Shown: in pieces, positions 51,295 through 64,000 of the stretch
Position numbering within the stretch: the stretch's first letter is position 1
Layout: every line of letters starts with the position of its first letter
Origin: Octopus sinensis
Lineage: Eukaryota
Direction: 5' to 3'
Length of the DNA: 64,000 bases
Assembly: GCF_006345805.1 (NCBI RefSeq)
Contig: NC_043000.1
Coordinates: 23,808,001-23,872,000 of the forward strand
Position numbers and translations under genes: made by a program
The notes under the pieces: model-generated
Told to the model about the DNA's origin: nothing
Database searches by the model: none
The model's input: only the letters and a program-made list of their open reading frames with translations

Positions 51295-53439
51295 ACATGG
51301 CCTAGTGATTAGAGCAGCGGAATCACGGGTTCGAATCTCAGACCACGTGGTGTGTGTGTTTATGAGCGAAACACCTAAGCTCCATACGGCTCCGGCAGAA
51401 GGTAATGGCGAACTTCTGCCGACTCTCTCACCACAACTTTCTCTCACTCTTTCCTCCTTCATCTTGCAGCTCACCTGCGATGGACTGGCGTCCCGTCCAG
51501 GTGGAGAACCTATACGCCAGATATGGCTCGAGATGGAACAAACATATAAATACTATCTACTATACTCTTGTTTTTTTCTCCGTCACAACATATGAATGAG
51601 AAAGGAAGGGGTGATAGATGAATAAGGAAGAAAGGGATGATGGCAAACTGGTAGTGGAAACGTTTCAACTGTGTGTGAGTATGTGTGTGTATGTAAAAAG
51701 GGAAGTATGTGAATGTGTGTGTGTCTGTGTGTGTGTGTGCAATGGAAGTGGGATGGTGAACATTCAATACTGAAAAGAAAAATCAAACAGCGTTTCAACT
51801 CTGTGTGGGTATATGTGTGCATGTACAAGGGATGTATGTGAATGTTTGTGTGTGAACCAGCGTTCTTTCTGTAACAAACAATGATTGATGTCACATCTCA
51901 AAAGACAACCACTAGATAATGTTGACATGTGTCTTAATTTGATTTACCTTCCACATTCTATCTTTTGTCCTTATTTATATGTAAAATACTTTATGGCACA
52001 GGGCCAGCTAGTACCATATATAAAACATATAAGCAGGTGTGGCTGAGTGGTTAAGAGACTTGCTTCCAAACCATGTGGTCTTGGGTTCAGTCTCACTGAG
52101 TGGCATCTTGAGAAAGTGTCTTCTACTATAGGTGTAGGAATGGCTGTGTGATAAGTAGCTTGCTTACCAACCACATGGTTCAGGGTTCATTCCCACTGCG
52201 TGGCACCTTGGGCAAGTGTCTTCTACTATAACCAAAGCCTTGTGAGTGGATTTGGTAGATGGAAACTGAAAGAAGCCCGTCGTATATATATATATATATC
52301 ACCATGATCGACCAGGCTATCAGATGTTGCTACACATCGCTGGCCACAATGCACTTCGCATTGTTTTAGCCTTCAAATGACGCCACCCCGCTGGCTAAGC
52401 GAGCAGGCCAACAGAAGAAAGAGTGAGAGAAAGTTGTGGCAAAATAGTACAGCAGAGATCGCCACCACCCCCTGCCAGAGCCTCGTGGAGCTTTAGGTGC
52501 TTTCGCTCAATAAACACTCAAAACCTCGATCCTACAACCGTGAGTCCGCTGCCCTAACCTCTATATGTATGTGTGTGTTTATGTTTGTGTGTCTGTGTTT
52601 GTCCCCCTCAACATCGCTTGACAACCAATGGTGGTGTGTTTACGTCCCTGTTACTTAGCACTTCAGCAAAAGAGACCGATAGAATAAGTACTAGGCTTAA
52701 AAAGAATAAGTCCTGGGGTCGATTTGCTTGACTAAAGGCGGTGCTCCAGCACGGCCACAGTCAAATGACTGAAGTAAGTAAAAGAGTAAAAGAGTATAGC
52801 TCTAGGTTTCATCACCTTGTGAGTGAATGTTGCAGTTAGAAACTGAAAGAAGCCTGTCTTGTATGTATGCATGTATGTGTGTATGTATGTGAATGTATGT
52901 ATGAATGTATATATGTTGTTCTCTTTCTTTTAATTTAGAATAAATTTTGACCAGCCACCTACTTGGTTGCAAGTTTGTAAAGAAAAGCATGTTGTTTTAA
53001 CCCTGATCCTTTAAATCTTACATAGGTCTTGCAGATTTTTGTAGTCCAAGATATTGTGATCATTTGTAACATATGAATTAAGGATTTGCATTCTCTCTCC
53101 AACTCCCATACTTTACCCCAAATCGGTTGATATGTAGCCGGCAACTCCAATAATAATATGTATGTTTCATCTATTTCTAATTATTATAAATCTTCCACTG
53201 AGGCGAGATCCAGTTTCCAACAAAGATGCAAGGCTCCATCTTTGGCATGTAGTTAACACAGACAAATTCACATTTGTAACTTGAGAAAAGTCTTGCATAT
53301 TTTTACTGTTCCACTCACTGATTGCATTTATAATGTACGAATCAGCTGGTTGATTTCTCTTTCTGAAAATCCCAGTTTATCCAGATTCCCCTTTAAGCAT
53401 TTACTAACAAAACTTAGTGTATGTATGTGTGTATGTATG

Positions 53440-53900
53440 GATATGTGCTGATCTGAGAGGCATCCAATCAGATACCTCTGTCATAACTCTCCATTCAATA
53501 GGAGGATTGTATCAAGGAAGCAAGTGAGAGTAAGAGGAGGAAATATGCTAAGCTAATGAAGTTATGCAAAAAAAAATAATAAATAACAAGCTAGGTGTGA
53601 TCCCATTAAGATGGAATGCAGAGCATTTGCAGGCCAGTCCCTCTGCAGATCTTACAACACATTTGGTATTGTAGGGACCAATAGGTAGAAGATCTTCAGG
53701 TTGGCTGTGGAGCAGAGGTCAAGTGGTCTTCAGCCCTAGAAGAAGCTGTGCTACCTGGGGTGGTGCTAATTGGACACAAGCTGAGGCTCAGTCAATCCTG
53801 TCTGGGTCTCCTGGTTGAAGGCATCTGATGTTGAAAGACTTGAAACACCTAATGACCCCAAGAAACATCATTGGTGATGTGTCCAGATGCATCACAAGAT
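53440..53900 (+). mobile_element. HERO/NeSL-like (restriction-like endonuclease) non-LTR retrotransposon 3' remnant
   Basis: Decayed SKRRKYAKL ... RCDPIKMECRAFAGQSLCRSYNTFGI resembles the RLE-domain ERKxxKYxxL ... PIEVGCRGFxGQSL motif, followed by a putative 3' UTR. Confidence 0.62.
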
Positions 53901-54076
53901 GATGTTTGGAAGAACAAGGGGTGAGCCTAGGCATTTATAGAGGAAGTTCAATGCAAACGTTGTTATGGTCACATCCCGTTCTATCCAATTAGAGACATAA
54001 GGCAAATGAAGAGGCTAGAAGCAGCAATTAAAACCTAACAACTGACTGAACATAATAACTTTTATTTTATGATATC

Positions 54077-54410
54077 CATGGCTCAGTGGTTAGAGCGTCA
54101 AGCTTACAATCGTGAGGTTGTGAGCTCGAATCCTGTACTGGGCTGCATGTTGTGTTCTTGAGCAAGACGCTTTATTTCACGTTGCTCCAGTTCACTCAGC
54201 TGTAGATATGAGTTACTACATCACTGGTGCCAAGTTGTATCGCCCCCTTTGCCTTTCCCTTTGGATAACACTGGTGGCGTGGAGAGGGGAAGCTGGTATG
54301 CATGGGCGACTGCTGGTCTTCCATAAACAACCTTGCCCGGACTTGTGCCTGGGAAGGTAACTTTCTAGGTGCAATCCCATGATCTATGTCGTGACCAAAG
54401 GGGGTCTCAG
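54077..54410 (+). mobile_element. tRNA-headed SINE with V-domain-like TGTGTTCTTGAGCAAG motif
   Basis: A box TGGCTCAGTGG and B-box-like GCTCGAATCC, then a body shared with ~42600-42810. Confidence 0.7.
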
Positions 54411-55247
54411 ATGATATCTAGCCAAAGGTATTACCCTGTGTGATCACTAGATGATCATTCAAACTTTGTACATATAAAATGGTGGACTAAGTGAAAGAAA
54501 AAAAAAGCTACACTGAATCAAAGTAAAAAACAAACAAATGAGTGTTCATAATAATAATAATAATAATGAAATTATTGTATACATTGCTCAGGTGCTCCAC
54601 AACTTGTCAAAAGTGCGTATAAAGTATATGCAGTAACGTATAAATGTCTGGAAAGCGAACAGTGTACGAGTCAGATACATGCTTACATAAAATACGTTTG
54701 ATTTATTTAAATTTATTTGTGTTTTTAATTAGTAAACTGAAATATAATCATTGTACAGGGTAGTAATATTTAATGCTTTTGATATGTGTGTGTGTGTGTA
54801 ACAGACACATTGGATAATGTGGTCTTTGACATACAATAAGACTAGATAGTTGTAGCTGAAACGTATTTGATCATTAGGGAATTAGGATTGACGGGGGGTG
54901 GGGGACTAACAACTTCATAAATCACACACCAATTTGGTCACTCGACACGCTAGAAATAACAGACAATTTACACCCTACCGTGTGTACAGGAGGGATGTAT
55001 TAGGTAATGTAGTCTGAGATCAACTGTTCGAATAAAAGATGCGACAGCTGTTAGAATGACTTCGATTATTTGATCAGAAGTGATTTGGGGCGGAACAACT
55101 TAACTGTGTGCGAGATTAGTTTGTTTCAGATGTTGTTAACGTGTTCTTCCCCACTTTTTTTTTTAATTGACTTGTATTTTACTTTATTTGGTGCAGTCCC
55201 TTAAAAGAAAAACAGGTTTAGGATCTGGCCCGGATATTAAAAAGATT

Positions 55248-55468
55248 GGAACTTCTGCTCTACGTGGACGTTCAATCTGCCAGAAACAGTAGCTAAATAT
55301 TCCTCATATCATACTTCACTATCATCATCATCATCGTTTAACGTCCATGCTAGCATGGAAAGCGGACGTTAAACGATGATGATGATGATGACGATGGTGA
55401 GGTATGATATGAGGAATATTTAGCTGCTGTTTCTGGCAGACTGAACGTCCACGTAGAGCAGAGGTTCC
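55248..55468. repeat. Long near-perfect hairpin (~100-bp arms)
   Basis: 55248-55346 is the reverse complement of 55363-55468 apart from a few substitutions and a (CAT)n length difference; the centre contains the palindrome CATGCTAGCATG. Confidence 0.93.
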
Positions 55469-55929
55469 CAACACAAAGTAAGGATCGACTAGTCATGACT
55501 AGCTAGCGTGGTTGCGCGAGTACGCGAGTGCGCTCACCGGGACCACTTTTCTCAAGTAGGACTACCTTGTTCAATGCACCCTTCTTTTTTCAAAGATAGT
55601 TTGTTGCGAGTTGAGTAAGATTTGACTATTATTTCTAACAGATCGATTGACCATAAAGAGGCGCTTTCGTTCGTTCGTTTACCCGAGATGTTTAGCTTCA
55701 GGTCGGCCCTGATGGGGCAGACCTATGATCAAACGCATTCCAACCGTAACCGTAACCCGTCTTTATGTACACCTAGAATTACATTATCCAATGTGTTCTC
55801 ATAAGACAACAGCTGATTTGAGGGAGATATTTGCTGCTGCTATTTCTAGCAGGTCGAGCAGCCATATAGGGGATCTCTCGTAAATATCCAACACGGATAT
55901 GATTAGTAAAGAGGAAGGTGAGGGAGGGA

Positions 55930-56110
55930 TGGAATTAGCCAATGAGAAACGCCGTAACAATGACGTCTTCCTAAGTGGTAATGGCGGCCTATACAGTTTG
56001 TAAGTTGTGTAATGCGACGGAGAGACGTTTATTAGCAAAATAGAATATATGAACGAATTGAATGAAATTACATCGACAACTATTGCAAAATGTCTTCCAA
56101 AAGTAATTAC
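55930..56110 (+). promoter_or_regulatory. Candidate promoter and first exon of an unidentified gene
   Basis: AGCCAATGAG (CCAAT/NF-Y-like, 55937-55946), TGACGTC (CRE-like, 55961-55967), ATGGCGG (YY1-like or start context, 55981-55987), donor-like GTAAGT at 56000 and GTAATT at 56103, in unique sequence with locally more CpG. Confidence 0.45.
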
Positions 56111-59100
56111 ATTTCTTTCTCGTTCGGTTTAAATTAATTCAGTTTAAATTTTTATTCATTGTTTTCATTAACACAGTTTTCCTTTGAGCGCACACTAACC
56201 TTATAAATGGTGTTGTCTTTATGTTTTTCGTTTATATTTGTCCTTTTACATCGGTATACGAGCTCAGATTTATAAAGGGATTGCGAATGTGTAACATTCA
56301 TTCCTTTCCGAAGAACACTAGATACCTAATTGAGGTGAAATGGCTACAACCGGGGATCGAAACCGCGTCGCAGCTTTGCTACACAAGAAGTTTACCTCCA
56401 ACAACATTTTAACATGTTTACAAATATCACATTTTAATAAATGATCACTCAATAAAATCACGGATTTATTCAATATATATCAGACATCGAACTAACCTGA
56501 GTATATATTTATTTAAAAGAATAATAGTTCCTTTACAAGCATGCTTTCTACATTCTTGTTGTAAATATTTAACCGATACTAAAAAAAAATCTAAGAATCG
56601 CAAAACCATTCCAACATACGGTATAGAGAAATAGTCTTGCATTATTCAGAAAAAAAACATTATTTGTCACTTCTCATTTCTCTTTATTAACCCCAAACCA
56701 CCGATCAATAAGGGAGATCTAAATTAAGGTTCACATGATTGTCAGATTGAAATGGATCAATTAAAAGGCATTGGTTTCTTCCTAAATATATGCGATGTTT
56801 CTCGATGAGGTTTTCCAGATAGTGTTTAATAAATGATACGTCGCATATTTTGTATGGATGAAAATAATGCCAACATTGGTCGTTGTAGTGTCCAAATATT
56901 CCAGATGGCACACCTGTAACATTGACCTCAATAGAGAAAGTTTAACCATTAACGTCTATCTATAACCTTAAGGTAGAAAGTAGTACGCTTCGTTGTCTAA
57001 CTTTTGATTCATATATTGTAATCGATTGTGATTATAAATCATTACTATTTCAAAGATATGGGAAGATCCATAGCTTTATGATTTCAACATGAATGTAGGT
57101 TATTAGTAATCGCATTTTTATTAATTTCCTATTTTGATATTATAAGAGGCATTATTCTTGTAGCTGTTTTACACTTAGATCTTCGATCTCAAATCCTTTC
57201 TTTCACATTCTCTGCTTCTCTCTGCAATTCGCAAATTATTGCTCAGATGTCTTTTAAAAATCCAGTACCGACATTGAATTTAGTTACAAACAGTAAATAA
57301 CCTACATCTGCTAGAAGTTGTGTATCCCCTTTAACGTGCACGCTCCCTTTCACGAATCGCAAGCCCATTCCATATTACATAACCTTTTATGGATGTGATC
57401 AATTCTCCAACCAAAATCTTTTATATCTAATTAAAGCAGATCATATAGATTTGATATTATTTCGTTCCAATATAATTCGTGAACTTGCAACAAATCTACG
57501 CATAACTTTTGGTTTATGAAATTTAGATACCTTGATCTTGGTTTCTTCTATTTGACCTGTCACCTTTCTTGTGATCAATCTTATATTCACATCATCATCA
57601 GTTATATTTACATGTTGACCATTCTTCAGTTGCTATTTTAATACAGTAGGGAAGGTGTTCAATACTTGCTTCGTTTACCAGTTATATTGTGCTCAGTAAC
57701 TGGTCCATATTGTCAGGGTATATTCCAGAAACACATGCCCTCCATAGCCATGATAATCCACTGTCATTTCAGTTTTAATGATTAAAATTAGTAGGTGATA
57801 GAATTACGACATTGCCACTGATTTCGGAAGGGATATTATCTTGGTGGAATTTTTGTTTTCTAAAATATTTTCCATGATTACTTCTTCCGCTCAGCAAGTT
57901 CCCAAGGAAACTATGCCTAAGAGTTTTACTTGCTTTTCATCATCAAACAGGACTGATGTTTAGCAGAGGGGTTTGCAAGTATCTGAAAACAACTAGTAAA
58001 TTTTGTTCCACAGAGAATGAAATTCCCTGTGCCTGATATTCTATGAGTTCTTATTCTGGTGAGATTTTCACTTGTTATGTTGCTTACCCAAACATCTTTC
58101 TTACAAGGTTGGCCTCAACACCACATCTGACTTTCTGCTTCCTTCCTGTCAGTATTTTTAATTGACTGCAGGAATCATGAGATCCATAGACCCTCCCCCA
58201 CCCACCATCCTTATCAGTATCTCTGTTGTTCTCTCCTTGACTGCCCTCTCTCAATAAACTTGTATAACTCCAATAAGAACTGACCTGGAACCCTGATGAA
58301 CCTGAACTGGACAACCCTTGCAGTTATGACAAGCTAACTGATCCACCTCATCACTGGGCCTACCTAGTGATGAGGTGGGTCAGTTAGCACTTCTGCTTCA
58401 CCCTAATCCTTGACATTATTCTTTCTTTCCTTCTCCCCTGTCTCACCCATTACTCCCTCCCTCAACACCATTCCCTTTATTATTATTTTCTAGCATCCTC
58501 TCTAATAAATCTGTTTCATCCATCATGGGCTAACTTTTTTTTTTGCTTTGCAAGCTTCAAGGTGACCCTCACCACCCACCAGTGTTGGTGCCACAAAAAA
58601 AAAGCACCCAATATACTCTTAGTGGATGATAAATTGAATCAAACAGCAACAGTGCAGGACTTGAGAGGACTCTTTAATCTTGCTGAGAGCAAGACACCCT
58701 GTAGCACTGATGACAAAAGAAAAAAATGCAGCCAGTAAACTCTGTGAAGTGACTAGTGTTAGGGAAGGCATCCAGCCATAGAACCCATACCCAAACTTGA
58801 GACCGAGCAAGATGTGGTCGTCCAACCTTTTGGATCCTGTCAAATTGTCTACCCCATGCCAGTATGGAAAATGACTGTAAAATGATGATGACCCTATCAG
58901 TATCAGTTGCATAGCCATCATAAAAAGAAATAGAAAAATTGTTTACCTCATCAAGAGCCAAACCAGTTGCTGTTGAATTTCCATGTGTGTTGCACAAAAA
59001 GTGCTTCCACTTTGCCTGACAAGTGAAAACAAATTCGAGCTTTGCATAACAGCACTTAGGGAGCAGAGCTATATTCATGCCATGATGTCCTTTTTCTGGC

Positions 59101-60456
59101 TTATGGCATATTGTAATAAACTCTTGTTAGCCATTGCTCTGATTGAGCAGACCTATGAGCAAAGGCTTTCCATTCATGACCAGCTCATCTTGTTTTCATG
59201 AATAATGTATCTTGTTTCTTTACTGCCCACAAGACGAAACGCATAGAGGGGACAAACAAGGACATACAAACGATTAAGTTGATTATATCGACCCCAATGC
59301 ATAACTGGTATTTATTTAATCGACCCCAAAAGGATGAAAAGCAAAGTTGACCTCGGTGGAATTTGAACTCAGAATGTAGCAGCAGCTGAAATACCACGAA
59401 GCATTTCGCCCAGCATGCTAACGTTTCTGCCAGCTCGCAACCTGTATTCATGAATAGTGTATCTAAGAGTATATTATCTAATGTACTCTTCACCTTCTTG
59501 CTTTGAGACTGCATGGTGTGATGGTGGTGGTGGGGAGATTTGGTTGCTATTTCTAGCAGCTTGAGTAACCACGTAGATATTCCCTTGTAGACTTGTTTTG
59601 AACCTTGTATATGCCTGAGTATTAATCTATAGTCTATTCATTACTAGAAACACTTGTTGCTGAACTATTTTTTTACAGCTGGATTCCCTTCCTATTGCTG
59701 ATCACTCACCTGCAATGTAGAAGTTGCACCTGTTGACAGGTAGAAGCATGACAAAATGTTTCTAGGAAATGTCATAAGTTTAGGTAAATTTGTACACTAT
59801 GAAGAGATGAAATTTCTTGATATTTTGTGTAAATCTCTATTTTATCTTTTGGTCAAGCGGTAAAATAATGCCCACAACCTCCAAGAGTGATGAGTGGCAG
59901 GTATCCTCAAACCAGAAGCTTGACCTGAATACTTTCAACAAAGTGGACTCTGCTAGGGGCAGTAAATTGACCCTTTCAGACCCGGACCCCTGTGTCTGAC
60001 TTTACCTTCCACCTGGGCTCCTGAGCAAAAAAACAGTTGCATATACAGCTGAAGAGTAACTATTGCAGGCAAACTAATGGACAGAAACAACTGCATCTTC
60101 TTTATCTATGTGTGTTGTCCATTACTGCTTTACTGAGAATCCAGCAGAGATGATGTTTAACCTATTCTTAGTATAGCAGGAATACAGTGTCATAGGGTTC
60201 AGTCTACCACCCAAGTAAGTCAACCATGGTAGGATTTCAACTCAGAATGCAAAGAGTTGGAACAAATACTGCAAGGCATCCACTCAACCATTGTGCCACC
60301 TTAGATTGGTATTCTTGTGTATCAACTCTAAAAGAGTTGGCAGAATGTGAACTCAGAGCACATTGGATTTGAAACTGATGTTACTAAAATCTCATCTGAT
60401 TATAAAATAGAAGTTAAAACAAACATAGTACCCAACATGCATACATACATATATAT

Positions 60457-60487
<31 letters not shown>

Positions 60488-60712
60488 GATGAGAAAGTTG
60501 GTTTCTCAACATAAACATAACGATAACTCTTCTCAACATAAACATAACGATGTAAGAAATTTGAAAAGCTGAACGCGAAACCGGTCATTTCTTCTAAACT
60601 ATGTTATTGTAAGAAAAAAATTGATAACATTCTTCAGACATATTGACTCAAATATATATTTTTTAACCTTTTAAAACAAGCCTTCTGTAGTTTTTTTCAC
60701 TTTTTACTATTT

Positions 60713-60770
<58 letters not shown>

Positions 60771-61749
60771 TACTTGCTCTCTCTTCCTCTTGAGAAATTA
60801 ACATGAAATTAATGATAATTTTTTTTTTCAGGAGGGACTATTGATGTGAAATTAGCCCGACAACGTTTAGAGTCTAAGCTCCAGAATTTAATCGAGAAGA
60901 AAGAAAGGTAAATATATTTAATTGTTTTTAAAAATATTTTATTTTGAGCTTCTTTCAGGCGATACATGTACAATGGGTTCCTTTCACTTGACACTTTACC
61001 AAGCTTTGGTCAGCTTGTGGCTAGAGTAGAAGACACTTGTCCAAGGTGTCATGCAGTGGGACTCAAGCTAAAATGACATTGTTGTAAAGTGAACTCATTT
61101 ACCACACAGCCATATTTAGTATCAATATTCCCAAGACCACTTCTTGTAGAGCCATCTTGGTTGAAGAGCTGAAGGTAGATGGATTCTGCAAGGTTAGTTG
61201 GGATCCATTAGTGACTCATCATCATCATCGTTTAACGTCCGCTTTCCATGCTAACATGGGTTGGACGATTTGACTGTGGGCTGGCGAACCAGATGGCTGC
61301 ACCAGGCTCCAATCTTGATCTGGCAGAGTTTCTACAGCTGGATGCCCTTCCTAATGCCAACCACTCCGAGAGTGTAGTGGGTGCTTTTTACGTGCCACTC
61401 AGGTGGTACTGGCAATGACCTCGCTCGAATCTTTTTACACATGCCACTGGCACAGGTGCCAGTAAGGCGATGTTGGTAACAATCACGCTTGAATGGCTCT
61501 CCATCTTATATCTCACACATCTGCTCTGCTCTAATATCTCAACAATTTTGTTAGACTTAGCTACCATTGAGCTGACATTAAGAGTGACAACCTAAATGAA
61601 AGGTCCATCTTCACCATCATCCTCTTTTTTTCCCAACTGTGGTAACCATGTATCTACTCTACAGCAAGACACCTGTTCTTGTCCCTCTGCCATACTTTAA
61701 CCTCTCATCACCTGACATAAAGCTGTCTCTCACCAGGAAGATGGCGTCT

Positions 61750-61982
61750 GTGGTGGTGAGCTGGCAGAAACGTTAGCATGCCGGACAAATTGCTTAGCGG
61801 TATTTCGTCTGCCGCTACGTTCTGAGTTCAAATTCCGCCAAGGTCAACTTTGCCTTTCATCCTTTCAGGGTCGATTAAATAAGTACCAGTTACGCACTGG
61901 AGTTGATATAATCAACTTAATCCGTTTGTCTGTCCTTGTTTGTCCCCTCTGTGTTTAGCCCCTTGTGGGTAGTAAAGAAATA
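61750..61982 (+). mobile_element. tRNA-derived SINE with Meta-like core (representative copy)
   Basis: GAGCTGGCAGAAACGTTAG (A box) ... GAGTTCAAATTCC (B box) ... GCCTTTCATCCTTTC(A/G)GGGTCGAT core. Other copies at ~7296-7432, 7513-7720, 9345-9460, 10300-10710, 31613-31830, 38560-38740, 39000-39335, 49390-49575, 59215-59440, 62470-62696. Confidence 0.85.
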
Positions 61983-63084
61983 GGTACCCTTCCCAGGTAC
62001 AAAACCAAACTGCATCTCATCTACTTTAATTCTATTTCCAATTAACTGAGCTATAATTCTCTCTGTAACTTTCAAGACTTGGCCTAGTAGTTTGATATCT
62101 CTGTAGTTGTTTCTATCTAAGGCATCACCTTTAACCCTTGTAGTATCTAACTATAATACTACTACATCAGTCATTGGGGATGGCGCCTTCCTGAATAACC
62201 TGATTAACTATATGGGTGACTAGGCTGTATTCTACACTGCTGGATATTTTAATCATCTCAGTAGTCATTGTTGATGGTCTGGGGCTTTCCCTGTCTTCAT
62301 ATCCTGGATTGCCTTATCTATCATGCTGCTATCAACCCTGATGACTGGTCCTTCAATTGGTTCGATATTTAAAAACCTCTCCTTCTTCCATGCATTTTCT
62401 ACATTTAGTAACCTTTCATAGTGACACTTCCATGCCTCTTTCTTCTCTGAGTCACTGAGTGCATGCGTACCTATTTCTATTTCTTTACTACCCACAAGGG
62501 GCTAAAAACAGAGGGGACAAACGGATTAAGTCGATTACATCAACCCCAGTGCAAAACTGGTACTTAATTTATCGACCCCGAAAGGATGAAAGGCAAAGTC
62601 GACCTTGGTGGAATTTGAACTCAGAACGTAGCGGCAGACGAAATACTGCTAAGCATTTCGCCCGGCATGCTAACGTTTCTGCCAGCTCTCCGCCTTAAGT
62701 GCATGCATACCGTTATCCATTTGCACACATTTCTCATCCACCACATCTCTATTCTCTCTGATACACTGCTTTGCAATCCCGAGCGCCTCATGCTGTAGAA
62801 CATTTACAAATCTCTTACGTTCTGCTGTGTAAACCTGATGCTTGAACATAAAATGAAAGCTACATATTAAATATATCTATCTTTGTTACTGTCATTGCAG
62901 CCCAGCTTCTAGTGAACCTGACTGTGTTAACACTCAGCCTGAACCACCTCAGCGGTAATTATTCTCTTTTATTTCATGTGTTCCAATAATTCAAACCAGT
63001 GGTTCTCAACCATTTTGTTACCGATGACTCCTTTGGTTCCCTTTTTTTATTTTATTTAAGTGGACCCTCATAACAATTTGATAC

Positions 63085-63484
63085 TCTCTTTACTATTTTA
63101 CTAGTTTCAGTCATTTGACTACAGCCATGCTGGAGCAACCTTTAGTCGAGCAAATCAACCCCAGGACTTATTCTTTGTAAGCCTAGTACTTATTCTATCG
63201 GTCTCTTTTCTCGAACTGCTAAGTTATGGGGACGTAAACACATCAGCATCGGTTGTCAAGCGATGTTGGGGGACAAACATACACACACATACACACACAC
63301 ACATATGTATACATATATACGATGGGCTTCTTTCAGTTTCTGTCTACCAAATCCACTCACAAGGCTTTGGTTGGCCCGAGGCTATAGTAGAAGACACTTG
63401 CCCAAGGTGCCATGCAGTGGGAGTGAACCCGGAACCATGTGGTTGGTAAGCAAGCTACTTACCACACAGCCACTCCTGCTCCTA
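63085..63484 (-). mobile_element. tRNA-derived CORE-like SINE with internal (CA/TA)n tract (representative copy)
   Basis: Minus-strand head GGAGTGGCTGTGTGGTAAG...GGTTCA.TCCC, CORE-like CCTTGGGCAAGT, microsatellite, tail ending TGACTGAAACTAGTAAAA. Other copies at ~8545-8950, 23870-24268, 42425-42545, 44385-44875, 52030-52290, 52560-52795. Confidence 0.85.
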
Positions 63485-64000
63485 TATGTTTAAAAACATC
63501 CCATTATATTTTTAGAATTAAATTATTAGGAATTGTAGAAAAAGAAATTAAAATATTTTGTGTATTGTTGAAGTATAAGCAATCTACTGTACATAAATTT
63601 TAATGACAAAATCTTAAATTGAGCTCAGTTGAGAACCACTGAGTTAAAATTTAGGGAAATTTAGGATTCAGGTTGGGAGAAACACCTATTACTTATCAAA
63701 CAACTTCTTCCTTCTTGGGATAAATACAGCAGTGATTTCCCATCGTTTTCATCATCATCATCATCATCATCGTTTAACGTCCGTTTTCCATGCTAGCATC
63801 GGTTGGATGGTTTGACTGGGGTCTGGGAAGCCAGGAGGCTGCACCAAGCTCCAGTCTGATCTGGCAGTGTTTCTACAGCTGGATGCCTTTCCTAACGCCA
63901 ACCACTCCGTGAGTGTAGTGGGTGCTTTTTACGTACCACTGGCACAGGTGCCAGGGGAGGCTGGCAACGGCCATGATTGGTTGGTGCTTTTTACGTGCCA

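Noticed and set aside
54077-54146. tRNA gene
   Set aside because: A and B boxes are present but there is no acceptor stem and it continues into a SINE body; the same applies to other tRNA-like heads (12112, 31206, 50875).

Overview
AT-rich, repeat-dense eukaryotic DNA, not prokaryotic. The SINE families, (TA)n/(CAT)n microsatellites and GC-rich divergent 28S suggest an octopus or other coleoid cephalopod (inference). Two protein-coding genes are recognisable and converge tail-to-tail: the last two exons of glycogen phosphorylase (+, 2450-2516 and 4148-4321) and a Drosophila-type (type 1, light-sensing) cryptochrome whose whole 543-aa CDS is one exon (-, 16515-18146). The rest is mostly transposon material (SINEs; RTE, CR1 and HERO LINE remnants; mariner, pogo, hAT, piggyBac-like and Helitron elements; Penelope-like fragments) plus a 2.3-kb dispersed 28S rDNA fragment. 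Best leads: (1) a structurally complete type I hammerhead ribozyme on the cry strand 2.7 kb past its stop codon, with other hammerhead-like Penelope remnants nearby; (2) four CACGTT E'-boxes at exactly 20-bp spacing plus a D-box, upstream of a candidate cry first exon; (3) an intact 1.9-kb foldback element with ~620-bp inverted repeats and an 8-bp target-site duplication; (4) a ~100-bp-arm hairpin beside a second candidate promoter near 55.9 kb. Most ORFs in the supplied track are spurious translations of repeats or rRNA. Family assignments come from recalled motifs, not database searches, and repeat boundaries are approximate unless a TSD is given.
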